From an uncultured bacterium (lineage in GTDB: Bacteria; Abyssobacteria; SURF-5), in the NCBI GenBank assembly GCA_964510165.1, contig CAZEBC010000011.1, forward strand, positions 1 to 45,936: a stretch of DNA of 45,936 bases. The letters run 5' to 3'. A model generated the notes under the pieces. It was not told the origin of the DNA. It ran no database searches and saw only the letters and a program-made list of their open reading frames with translations. Below, one piece after another: positions 9,105-17,653 of this stretch; position 1 is the stretch's first letter; the number at the start of each line of letters is the position of its first letter. A program made the position numbers and the translations under genes.

Positions 9105-11443
9105 ATAAGCGGCTCCTCAGAGGCCGTGACGGGCCAGAAAACAGTCCCTGGTTGGGCCGCTTGGAGGCCGACGAGCAAAAGAGAGATGCCGAGCACGCTA
9201 AGGGCAACTCCGGCGTAAAATGTCCGGGGGCGGTAGAGGAACTCTACCGTATGGTTTCCGGGAGGAACGTAAACCCCTCGAAACAGATAGTTTGCGCAAT
9301 AAACCCTTGTCCGTTCTGCGTCGAGAAAGGCAGTCCAGCCCGGATAATACGAATCGGTAAGGAGCAGAATGCCGCCTCTTTCGGCGAACACATTCAGGGA
9401 GACCCGATGCGGAGAATATGACCCGATGGTTACTTTATCAGAGGCCGAAGATAAGTCCTCCAGCGGGGGGATTTCGCCGGCGTCTTCCGCTTCGATGACC
9501 ACGCCTCTATCGCCGAAGGACTCGAACGTGAGGGCGCGGAGCGAGTCATACTCATCGGTCGCAACCAGTGCCGCGCCGGAAAAGCTCGCCCTCGGCCTTG
9601 CGGTAAGGTTTTCGTAAAGCACATAGTTGAGAAAAACACGCGCCACACGCAGGTTATTTGCGAATCTGGCCATCGGGCTTCCCGGATCGGCCGTCTCGAA
9701 AATGTTCTTGTTGCTGTGAACGAGTAAGTACTTCACCGACAGCAGGTTAAGAATATCGGGGCGGGGAGCCTCGGATGTGAGTTCTATGCGTCCATCGGGA
9801 TATGCGGACTTTCGGCCTGTGATTTTCCTGATAACCTCGTCGGTACGCGCGAAAATGGCGGGGTGATAGTTGCCGACCACGTTCAGGCCGGCTGAGGCCG
9901 CCCGGATCGAGGAGAATGGGCGGGGGGGAACCCCTCGTTCCTCGATGAATATTCGCTCCATTCCGACAAGCTCCGGCAACTGCTCGAGCATCTGCCTGTC
10001 GGCTGGGCTGAGGTAGTCGGGCATGGCCTGTGGATGGCTGCTCAGGATGGACACGCGGTCGCTCATCTCCCATGCGCTCAGGCCAATTATCGCCAGAACT
10101 GCCACTCTTGCGAGCCAGGTTTTGGGCTTCACAATCACAAGCACAATAGCGGGCACACTGGCAGCAAGGTAAAGCAGCCGCCCCTTCGTGTGAAGCAGCC
10201 ATAGGGCGACTCCCAGAATCGCGCCGCAAGCGAGAATCTTCAGCAATAGCATGATTTGTTTCTTTTGATCTGACTCGTCCTCTTGCGAAAGAGCATCGAG
10301 CCCGACGGCGGCGAGGAACGCCAGCGCGAATGCGGTGACGGCTCCCAGGCGGTTGGGCTGGCGTGACAGGCCAACCCCCGGCAGAAGCGCGAAATAGCCG
10401 TACAGCGGGGTCGCGTAACCGGCTGAAAGGAGCATGGAGATGGCACACAGGATGGCTGCGATGGCGATTTTGCGTTCGCGCAACCTCATCAGCGCCACCA
10501 ATACGAATAGAACCTGAAGGAAGCCTCCTTGATGATAGAGGTTCTCAAAAAGCTCGGTTTTCGGTGAGTCCAGCGGGGCCAGGAAAGCCTGCCACCAAGG
10601 CACGCGGAAGCCCAGAAAATGCACCGACTCTTCCGGCAGGGCCGACGCTCTTACGCTGTGTCTGAGCAGTTCGAGCGTCGGAAGCAGTTGCACGCCGCAG
10701 ACCAGCATGGCGACAACAACGGAGAGCGCAAACGACATCGCGACCTTCGCCTTCTGCCGTGCCTGACCGGACGTTCTCTTGTCGAAGACCAATCTCAGCG
10801 CAACGTAAAAAGCCACGAAATATATTGAGTAGATGAAGAATTGGCCCGCGCCCGACAAAAACTGGATGCTCAGCAAGACGGAAAGAGCGAGCGAGTTCCT
10901 GAGGGTTGGCTTGAGATTCACTCGTTCGGCGAATAGGAACACCGCCGGCATCCAAGCCAATCCTGCAAGGTAGTGAGGATTGATGTAGTTGTCCCAAACA
11001 GCATTACTCATCAGATATCCGATTCCGCCGAGCACGCTTACGGATGGTCGCAGATTGTGGACGCGGCAGAATCCGTACATCGTCAGCCCCGCCAGAATGA
11101 AATGAAATTGGGAAATGATTCCCATGGCGAGCGGGGCGGGCAGGATCAGGTAAAGAAAATTGGGCGGATAGAATACAGCCGTCGAGAGAGTGGCTATGAA
11201 GGGCATGCCCGCGCCCGTATTCGGAAACCACAGGGGCAGCGAGAAGTCATGCAGTGAGGCGGCGGCGTATTTGTGCCAAGGGAGGAACTGCTGGTACAGG
11301 TCTACGGTGCCGAGATTCACCTCATGGGGCGGCGCAAGGATGAACTTGATGTGCCAGAAAGCGATTCCGATAACAAGGAATGCCGCCGAGGCCGGTAAAG
11401 CTTCGGTTATTATTTTTTTGCGAGCGGAAGCGACACCCATCAT
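9092..11443 (-). CDS. YfhO-family polytopic membrane protein (GT-C-like glycosyltransferase)
   Basis: LPLW-x-P..GAGMPF...FYPPN, QLLP and R-x-P-x-R motifs, many TM segments, C-terminal DSYYPGW..ANYLFRGV.VPPG.H.VEF.YRP. Confidence 0.85.
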   Translation of the reverse strand: MMGVASARKKIITEALPASAAFLVIGIAFWHIKFILAPPHEVNLGTVDLYQQFLPWHKYAAASLHDFSLPLWFPNTGAGMPFIATLSTAVFYPPNFLYLILPAPLAMGIISQFHFILAGLTMYGFCRVHNLRPSVSVLGGIGYLMSNAVWDNYINPHYLAGLAWMPAVFLFAERVNLKPTLRNSLALSVLLSIQFLSGAGQFFIYSIYFVAFYVALRLVFDKRTSGQARQKAKVAMSFALSVVVAMLVCGVQLLPTLELLRHSVRASALPEESVHFLGFRVPWWQAFLAPLDSPKTELFENLYHQGGFLQVLFVLVALMRLRERKIAIAAILCAISMLLSAGYATPLYGYFALLPGVGLSRQPNRLGAVTAFALAFLAAVGLDALSQEDESDQKKQIMLLLKILACGAILGVALWLLHTKGRLLYLAASVPAIVLVIVKPKTWLARVAVLAIIGLSAWEMSDRVSILSSHPQAMPDYLSPADRQMLEQLPELVGMERIFIEERGVPPRPFSSIRAASAGLNVVGNYHPAIFARTDEVIRKITGRKSAYPDGRIELTSEAPRPDILNLLSVKYLLVHSNKNIFETADPGSPMARFANNLRVARVFLNYVLYENLTARPRASFSGAALVATDEYDSLRALTFESFGDRGVVIEAEDAGEIPPLEDLSSASDKVTIGSYSPHRVSLNVFAERGGILLLTDSYYPGWTAFLDAERTRVYCANYLFRGVYVPPGNHTVEFLYRPRTFYAGVALSVLGISLLLVGLQAAQPGTVFWPVTASEEPLIHKI
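9100..9108 (-). promoter_or_regulatory. Perfect DnaA box TTATCCACA
   Basis: Plus-strand TGTGGATAA, about 50 bp upstream of the smc -35 element. Confidence 0.5.
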
Positions 11444-11549
11444 TCTCTATCGCAAGCGCGGCCAACTCGTAACGGCCCGTGCAGAAGAAAGACACGTACG
11501 AACGCCATTCTAGCAAATGCATTGGACGCATTACAAGGGAAGCGCCCGT

Positions 11550-11578
11550 TTGTCATTGCGGACAAAATAAGATAGAAT
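11550..11578 (+). promoter_or_regulatory. Putative sigma70 promoter with an overlapping short inverted repeat
   Basis: TTGTCA-N17-TAGAAT; TTTGTC-N6-GACAAA at 11549-11566 overlaps the -35. Confidence 0.45.
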
Positions 11579-11643
11579 GGTGCGCGTCTAAGTTGAAGAG
11601 GCGCGCGCGACCTGTTCCCCAAGCCAACACAAGGAGGCTGATA

Positions 11644-12426
11644 ATGAAAGTTGCAAGAGCAATCCTCACGGTATCCTTCCTGATATTCATCACCGCGCTT
11701 GCCTTCGCCGAGGCTGACCCCAAGACGAAGCAGATGATGGATGAGGTCATGAACAAGGCGCAGAAGGTTGAAAGCTACCGGGTTGACCTCAGGATGGAGA
11801 CCACGATGATGAATCAGGAAATGGTCACCGAAGGCGAAATGGCGTTCAAGAAGCCGAACAAGATGCATATGGTGACCGTCATGAGCGCGATGCCGGGGAT
11901 GAAGCAGGAGATTTTCTCCAAGGGCGACATGGTATGGACGTACATGCCCTCGATGAATATGGTCACCAAGGTCGACATGTCCAAGATCAAGGCCAACGCA
12001 GCCGACGTTCCGGGCGGCATGAGGGATACGGCTGACATTACCAAGCCCTTCGAGGGATTTGCCGAGGAAAACATCAAGTTCCTTGAAAAGAAGACCGAAA
12101 ACGACAAGGAATACTATCTCTTTGAGGTCAAGCCCTCCGAGCCCGCCGGCGAAGCGCAGAGCCCTCAGATGCTCCCTAACAGGATCGTCTTCTGGATACA
12201 TGCGGGAACGGGGCTGCCTCACCGGGTCACCATGTACGCCAAGGACGGCGCCCGCATGATGGAGCAGAAGTATTCCAACTTCAGATTGAATGTTCCGATG
12301 GAGGACTCCGAATTCGAATTTACTCCTCCGGAAGGCGCCCAGGTTATGGATATGACCGACGCCACAATGAATATGATGAAACAGATGAAGGAAGGGCAAC
12401 CCGTACAGCCGCCGCCCACGGAGTAG
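11644..12426 (+). CDS. Secreted LolA-fold (outer-membrane lipoprotein carrier-like) protein, Met-rich
   Basis: AAGGAGG SD; Sec signal peptide ending AFA; G-x-MAFKKPNK, G-x2-VWTY-x-P, W..TGLP and F-x-FTPPEG motifs. Confidence 0.75.
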   Translation: MKVARAILTVSFLIFITALAFAEADPKTKQMMDEVMNKAQKVESYRVDLRMETTMMNQEMVTEGEMAFKKPNKMHMVTVMSAMPGMKQEIFSKGDMVWTYMPSMNMVTKVDMSKIKANAADVPGGMRDTADITKPFEGFAEENIKFLEKKTENDKEYYLFEVKPSEPAGEAQSPQMLPNRIVFWIHAGTGLPHRVTMYAKDGARMMEQKYSNFRLNVPMEDSEFEFTPPEGAQVMDMTDATMNMMKQMKEGQPVQPPPTE

Positions 12427-12449
12427 AGGTCGCCCCCAAGGATTCTCTC

Positions 12450-13232
12450 ATGCGAAAGGCATCTCTGAAGTTTGTCCCTTGCCTGAAGGATGGGTACACC
12501 CGAATCGTCTCCCCCGACAATGCCCGGCTCCGCTTGCTCGAATTCGGCGTCATCCAACTGTCCCGGGGAGGGTCCGCCGAATTGCCGGCGCGAGAGAAAG
12601 AACTGGTCGTGACGTTGTTGAGCGGGCGGGGTCTCATCGAAGCCAACGGGAGCAGGTTTGAAATTGGCCCGAGAAAGAGCATATTTCAGGAGTATGCATG
12701 GGCGCTCTATGTGCGCGGCGGCAGCCTGAAGGTGACCGCCCGCTCAGCCCTCGAGGCGCTGGTGTCTTCAACTCCTGCGAGCACACGCAAGGAGGTCGCC
12801 GAGCTTATCCGTCCCTCCGATGTGACCGAGCGGATTGTCGGCGCCGATACCTACGAGCGGCGCGTGAGGACGATAATTGGAGAGAGTTTCCCCGCACAAC
12901 GGCTGCTTGTGGGCGAAACCATCAATGGGGCGGGGAAGTGGTCGAGCTATCCTCCGCATCGCCATGAGAAGGATTCACCCCCGCACGAGGTCCGGCTCGA
13001 AGAAGTCTATTACTACAAACTCGAAAAGCCGAATGGCTTTGGAGTTCAGCGCATATACACCGACGACGGCAAGATCGATGAGACGCATACCGTGCGCGAC
13101 GGAGACCTCTGCGTGCTGCCTCGCGGCTATCATCCAGTGGCGGCTGCGCCGAGTTCAAGGCTCTATTATTTTTGGGCGCTCGCCGGGCGAACGAGAAAGA
13201 TGCTCGTGCGGACCGACCCGAGTTTCGTGTGA
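12450..13232 (+). CDS. iolB: 5-deoxy-glucuronate isomerase (IolB family)
   Basis: LLVGET, WSSYPPHRH, LEEVYYY, GFG-x-QR-x-Y and PRGYHP motifs. Confidence 0.88.
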   Translation: MRKASLKFVPCLKDGYTRIVSPDNARLRLLEFGVIQLSRGGSAELPAREKELVVTLLSGRGLIEANGSRFEIGPRKSIFQEYAWALYVRGGSLKVTARSALEALVSSTPASTRKEVAELIRPSDVTERIVGADTYERRVRTIIGESFPAQRLLVGETINGAGKWSSYPPHRHEKDSPPHEVRLEEVYYYKLEKPNGFGVQRIYTDDGKIDETHTVRDGDLCVLPRGYHPVAAAPSSRLYYFWALAGRTRKMLVRTDPSFV

Positions 13233-13269
13233 GGGTGCGAACGACGCTATCGCTGAGTCAATCGCGCTT

Positions 13270-13292
13270 GTAGGGGCGCACGGCATGCGCCC
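13270..13292 (+). repeat. GTAG-type REP-like palindrome
   Basis: GTAG followed by GGGCGCA-cggca-TGCGCCC, intergenic. Confidence 0.55.
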
Positions 13293-13325
13293 GAAGAAAA
13301 CACCGATTTACAAAGGGAACGCATC

Positions 13326-14111
13326 TTGGGCGATCTATTAAGAGACAAATTCGGACTCGAAGGAAAAGTGGCCGCCGTCATAGGAGGCACCAGCGGCATA
13401 GGGCGCGCGATTGCGCTCGGCCTGGCGGGCGCGGGCGCCGACGTGGTCCCTCTGTCCAGACGGAAAGAGAAGGTAGAAGAGACTGCGAACGAGCTCGAGA
13501 AGATCAGAAGCAGGAGGCCGCCCGTCCATCCGCTCGACATAAACGACCGTGAGGCCACGGAGCGCACCCTAGAGACGATCGCTTCACAGCTCAGCTCGCT
13601 CGATATCCTTGTCAATTGTGCGGGCGCGACGTTGAAAAAGCCGTCGGTCGAGCTGACCGAGGAAGAATGGGACCGGGTGGTGGATACGAACCTCAAGGCC
13701 CTCTTCTTCGCGTGTCAGGCCGGCGCTCGGATCATGATGAAAGGGAAGCGCGGCGGCAAGATCATCAACATCGCGTCGCTGGCGTCGTTTGTGGGGCTGA
13801 ATGAGGTGGCCGCCTACTGCGCCAGCAAGGGCGGCGTCCTCGCGCTTACTCGCGCGCTTGGCCGCGAATGGGCGCAGCATGGAATCAACGTGAACGCGAT
13901 TGCGCCGGGAGTGTTCCGAACTCCGCTCAACGAGCACCTCTTGGCAATCAAGGAACGCTACGAGATGTTTGTGTCGAGGACACCGATGGGGCGCGTCGGG
14001 CACGTTGACGAGCTTGTCGGGGCCGCCATCTATCTGGCGTCGCCTGCGTCGGACTTCGTGACGGGGCAAGCCATTATTGTTGACGGCGGTTTCCTGGCGA
14101 TGGGAGTGTGA
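13326..14111 (+). CDS. SDR-family oxidoreductase (KduD/gluconate 5-dehydrogenase-like)
   Basis: GGTSGIG, NCAG, YCASK, NAIAPG and DGG motifs; TTG start. Confidence 0.88.
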   Translation: MGDLLRDKFGLEGKVAAVIGGTSGIGRAIALGLAGAGADVVPLSRRKEKVEETANELEKIRSRRPPVHPLDINDREATERTLETIASQLSSLDILVNCAGATLKKPSVELTEEEWDRVVDTNLKALFFACQAGARIMMKGKRGGKIINIASLASFVGLNEVAAYCASKGGVLALTRALGREWAQHGINVNAIAPGVFRTPLNEHLLAIKERYEMFVSRTPMGRVGHVDELVGAAIYLASPASDFVTGQAIIVDGGFLAMGV

Positions 14112-14113
14112 AG

Positions 14114-15220
14114 ATGACTCCGTCCGACAAAAAGACTCTTTCCGCCGCTGTGTTGAAAAGACCGAATGAACTCCGACTGGTCGAGATACCGGAGTTCGAA
14201 CTGGCCGCAGACCAGGTGATGATCGAGGTCGCCGCATGCGGCGTATGCGGGAGCGACCTGCGCTATTACCAGGGTGAAAACCCCTGGGCGCTCCACACGC
14301 TCGGCGTCTCATTGCCCAACCCGCCCAACATCGTGTTGGGACACGAACTGGCGGGAAGGGTTGTGGATGCAGGCGGCACGCCTGAACTTCTTGACAAGCG
14401 CGTGGCGGTGCTTTCGTTCAAGACGTGCGGGAAGTGCGCCGACTGCCGCGCGGGACGCGAGAACCTGTGCCGCCAGACGATGCACTTGGGCCATGGGGCC
14501 GGGTGGGGCAAGCGAGAGTATTATCCCGGCGGAATGGCAGAGAGATGCCCCGCATGGGGAACGCTTTGCTTCGAGATTCCTGATAACATGGCCTATGAAG
14601 AGGCGGCGCTGCTCGACGTGGTGGGGGTCGGAGTGCATGCCGCCAGAGTTGGCGGAGTCGGCCCAGGGGCGGCGGTCGCGGTGTTCGGGGTCGGCCCGAT
14701 CGGAAACGCGATCATGCAGGCCGCCCGCGCGATGGGCGCGAGCCGGACATATGCAATTGACACATACGATGTCGCGCTCGACATCGCCCGGGCATGCGGC
14801 GCGACGCTCGTGATTGATGGCTCAAAGACGGACCCCATAGCCGCCATACGGAAGGCAAACCGCGGCAACTGCTCGGTTGTTTTCGACACCGTCGGCACGA
14901 CGGAGACGCTCAGGAAATGCGTCACCCTGTTGGATGTGAGCGGGACTCTCGTGAACATGGCGGTGCATGACACGGAACTGTTCCTGAATGCGCTCGACCT
15001 GGGTTCCGAGAGGGCAGTGAGAACTTCATGCAATTTTCTGCCCGAAGAGTACCCGCTCGCGCTCGCGATGGTCGCGAGCGGCCAGATTGATGTGAAGCCG
15101 TGGATCACTCACAGGTTCCCGCTTCGCGATATCGAGGCCGCGTTCGAGGTCGCGCTGGACAAGGAAACCCATCGCTCGTTCAAGGTCATCATCAAACCTG
15201 CTTCAGAGAGGACGCCTTGA
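14114..15220 (+). CDS. Zn-dependent polyol/alcohol dehydrogenase (MDR family)
   Basis: CGSD, GHE, structural Zn C-x2-C-x2-C-x7-C and GVGPIG motifs. Confidence 0.88.
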   Translation: MTPSDKKTLSAAVLKRPNELRLVEIPEFELAADQVMIEVAACGVCGSDLRYYQGENPWALHTLGVSLPNPPNIVLGHELAGRVVDAGGTPELLDKRVAVLSFKTCGKCADCRAGRENLCRQTMHLGHGAGWGKREYYPGGMAERCPAWGTLCFEIPDNMAYEEAALLDVVGVGVHAARVGGVGPGAAVAVFGVGPIGNAIMQAARAMGASRTYAIDTYDVALDIARACGATLVIDGSKTDPIAAIRKANRGNCSVVFDTVGTTETLRKCVTLLDVSGTLVNMAVHDTELFLNALDLGSERAVRTSCNFLPEEYPLALAMVASGQIDVKPWITHRFPLRDIEAAFEVALDKETHRSFKVIIKPASERTP

Positions 15221-16401
15221 AAAATAGAATACGAGTCGAATCGCAAAAACTCTCGGACTGGCTCGTCCAGATACGCCGCGATTTGCACGCGCATCCTGAG
15301 TTGGGACTTGACGAAAAGCGGACGTCGGCGAAGGTGGCCGAGGCGTTTCGTGAGATGGGGCTGGAGGTAAGGACGGGAATCGCAACAACGGGCGTCGTCG
15401 CCACGCTCAGGGGCGGAGCGCCTGGCCGGACAATCGCGGTCCGCGCCGATATGGACGCGCTTCCGATTCAAGAAGAAACGGGTCTTCCATTCGCCTCACA
15501 AAGGGCGGGTCTCATGCATGCGTGCGGACACGACGCCCACGTCGCAATGGCGCTCGGCGCCGCGCGCATTCTCTCCGGGATACGCGGAGAGCTTCGCGGC
15601 AACGTCAAGTTTCTCATGCAACCGGCAGAAGAGAACTATGGCGGCGCCAAAGACATGGTGGAAGAGGGCGCGCTCGAGGACCCGAAGGTTGACGCGATAA
15701 TCGCCCTGCATATAGAGACCGATGAGAGTGTCGGAAAGCTCGTGATAAAGGAAGGGCCTATCGGGGCATCTGCAGATGTGTTCATGATCTCGATAAACGG
15801 AAAAGGCGGTCACGGTTCCGAGCCGCAGGCGTGCGTTGATCCGGTGCATATCGCCGCTCACGCCATAATTGCGCTTCAGACCATGATTCCGCGTACGCTC
15901 GACGCAAGGGACCCGACGGTGATGAGCGTGTGTTCGATCCAAGGCGGCAGCGCCTTCAATATCATTCCAGAAAGCGTGCATTTCGGCGGCACGGTCAGGA
16001 CTCTCTCTGACGAGCGGCGCGCCATCATGCCCAAGAAGATAGAGGATATCGTGCGTGGCATTTGCGCCACGTTCGGGGCAACGTTCGACTTCTCATATAT
16101 CCACGGCGCGCCGGTCACCTCGAACGAACGAGGAATGACGGAACTGATGAGACGCGTGGCGGTGGAGCTGTGGGGCCCCGGTGGCGTTGTCGAGATGGAC
16201 AAGCCGCACATGGGGTCTGAGGATTACTCGTACTACCTCCGCAAGGCGCCCGGCGCGATGGGGATGCTTGGGGCAAGGAAACCCGATGGCGAACATTACC
16301 CGGCGCACCATCCGAAATTCGACCTTGACGAGCGCTGCCTTCCATTGGGCACCGAACTGCTCGCGGCGTCAGCCATCAAGTTCCTCAACGGAGCGCTTTG
16401 A
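15217..16401 (+). CDS. M20D amidohydrolase
   Basis: RRDLHAHPEL, RADMDAL, MHACGHD, QPAEE, GGHG, SED and HHPKFD motifs; TTG start overlaps the upstream stop. Confidence 0.9.
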   Translation: MKNRIRVESQKLSDWLVQIRRDLHAHPELGLDEKRTSAKVAEAFREMGLEVRTGIATTGVVATLRGGAPGRTIAVRADMDALPIQEETGLPFASQRAGLMHACGHDAHVAMALGAARILSGIRGELRGNVKFLMQPAEENYGGAKDMVEEGALEDPKVDAIIALHIETDESVGKLVIKEGPIGASADVFMISINGKGGHGSEPQACVDPVHIAAHAIIALQTMIPRTLDARDPTVMSVCSIQGGSAFNIIPESVHFGGTVRTLSDERRAIMPKKIEDIVRGICATFGATFDFSYIHGAPVTSNERGMTELMRRVAVELWGPGGVVEMDKPHMGSEDYSYYLRKAPGAMGMLGARKPDGEHYPAHHPKFDLDERCLPLGTELLAASAIKFLNGAL

Positions 16402-16403
16402 TT

Positions 16404-17498
16404 ATGGACCTTGCGAAGCGAGTGGGCGAGATGCGCGAGCGCGTGCTCGCATGGCTGGATACGATGCGAGTGAAGGACAGCCTGTTCGGGGTTCATCGCG
16501 CGAGCACACATCACGACACGTCTGCGTTTCCCTCAATGCTCCTTCCAGCCACGTACAATGCAACTCATTGTCGCACGTTGCTCGACGATTATAAGAATCT
16601 GGCTCCTGCCAAGAGAGAAGAACTTGCCGGATTCATAAACACCTTTCAGCAGGAAGCCGGCAACTATCGCATGCCGCAGATGCGCGATGACGACATCTAC
16701 CAGACGTGGGAATACATAGACTTTCATACGACGAATTACGCAATGGGTGCGGTGCTCTCGCTTGGCGCACATATGAAGTATCCTCTGAGGTTCGTCGAGA
16801 AATACTCTTCCGTCGAGGCCCTTAAGGATTGGCTGGACCGCCGCGAGATGTCTGATCCCTGGAACGAGGGCAACAATATCGTGAATCTGGCCAGTTTCTA
16901 TTTCGTCCTGGAAAAGCAGGGCGATACGCGGATGCGCGCACTCATCGAGCATCTGCTTTCGTGGCACGAGGAGACGCAGGACCCGGAGACCGGCTACTGG
17001 CTCGACACGAAAGCTGAATGGCCGGTGCATCCGATGGTCGCGATGGCGGGCGCGTCCCACAATTTCCACATCTATTACCACCTTAATCGCCCGATTCGAT
17101 ATGTCGAGCGAATCGTGGACCATTGCCTGAGCTTCGTGAGCGACGGCGCAACATCGGCGTGCGTGGATATTGACGTGGTGGACATACTTGCCAACATGCG
17201 TGTGTACGGGTATCGAGCACACGATATCGAGGCCGGACTGGAGAAAAAGCTTAGGGACCTGCTCGAGTGCCAGAATCCGGACGGCGGCTTCCCCGACGTG
17301 TGTGAGGGCGACCGCCGCTTCGACGGCTGGAACGCCTATGTGGAGCCGCAGGGGCTCAGTAACTGCTTCGCCACGTGGTTCCGCTCGGCCACTATCGGCA
17401 TGATCTGCGAGGTTCTCTTCCCCGGCGCGTTCCCGTGGCATTTCCGCAACACCATAGGGATGGGATACTTTAATCCGCTCTATGGCCCCCGCGCCTGA
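16404..17498 (+). CDS. Hypothetical alpha/alpha-toroid protein with prenyltransferase/squalene-cyclase-type (QW-like) repeats
   Basis: Repeats QQEAGNY, QDPETGYW and QNPDGGF; starts 2 nt after the upstream stop. Confidence 0.65.
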   Translation: MDLAKRVGEMRERVLAWLDTMRVKDSLFGVHRASTHHDTSAFPSMLLPATYNATHCRTLLDDYKNLAPAKREELAGFINTFQQEAGNYRMPQMRDDDIYQTWEYIDFHTTNYAMGAVLSLGAHMKYPLRFVEKYSSVEALKDWLDRREMSDPWNEGNNIVNLASFYFVLEKQGDTRMRALIEHLLSWHEETQDPETGYWLDTKAEWPVHPMVAMAGASHNFHIYYHLNRPIRYVERIVDHCLSFVSDGATSACVDIDVVDILANMRVYGYRAHDIEAGLEKKLRDLLECQNPDGGFPDVCEGDRRFDGWNAYVEPQGLSNCFATWFRSATIGMICEVLFPGAFPWHFRNTIGMGYFNPLYGPRA

Positions 17499-17533
17499 TT
17501 CTGAATTGCGCTGTGAGTTCATGGATTTCGGTT

Positions 17534-17567
17534 AATTGGGACGCCACACCGCATGATGTCCCCAATT
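17534..17567. repeat. Imperfect palindrome AATTGGGAC...GTCCCCAATT (REP-like)
   Basis: Intergenic inverted repeat sharing the TGTCCCC core with palindromes at ~3056 and ~29686. Confidence 0.4.
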
Positions 17568-17653
17568 TAACGTCAGCTTTTAGCTGCCCAACTCGACTGT
17601 GATAAAATATCGCAAGAGCGGAAAACCGGCATAGTCATTCAGCGGGTCATTCC

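Noticed and set aside
8990-9108. Replication origin
   Set aside because: Only one clear DnaA box, a short intergenic region and no dnaA/dnaN context
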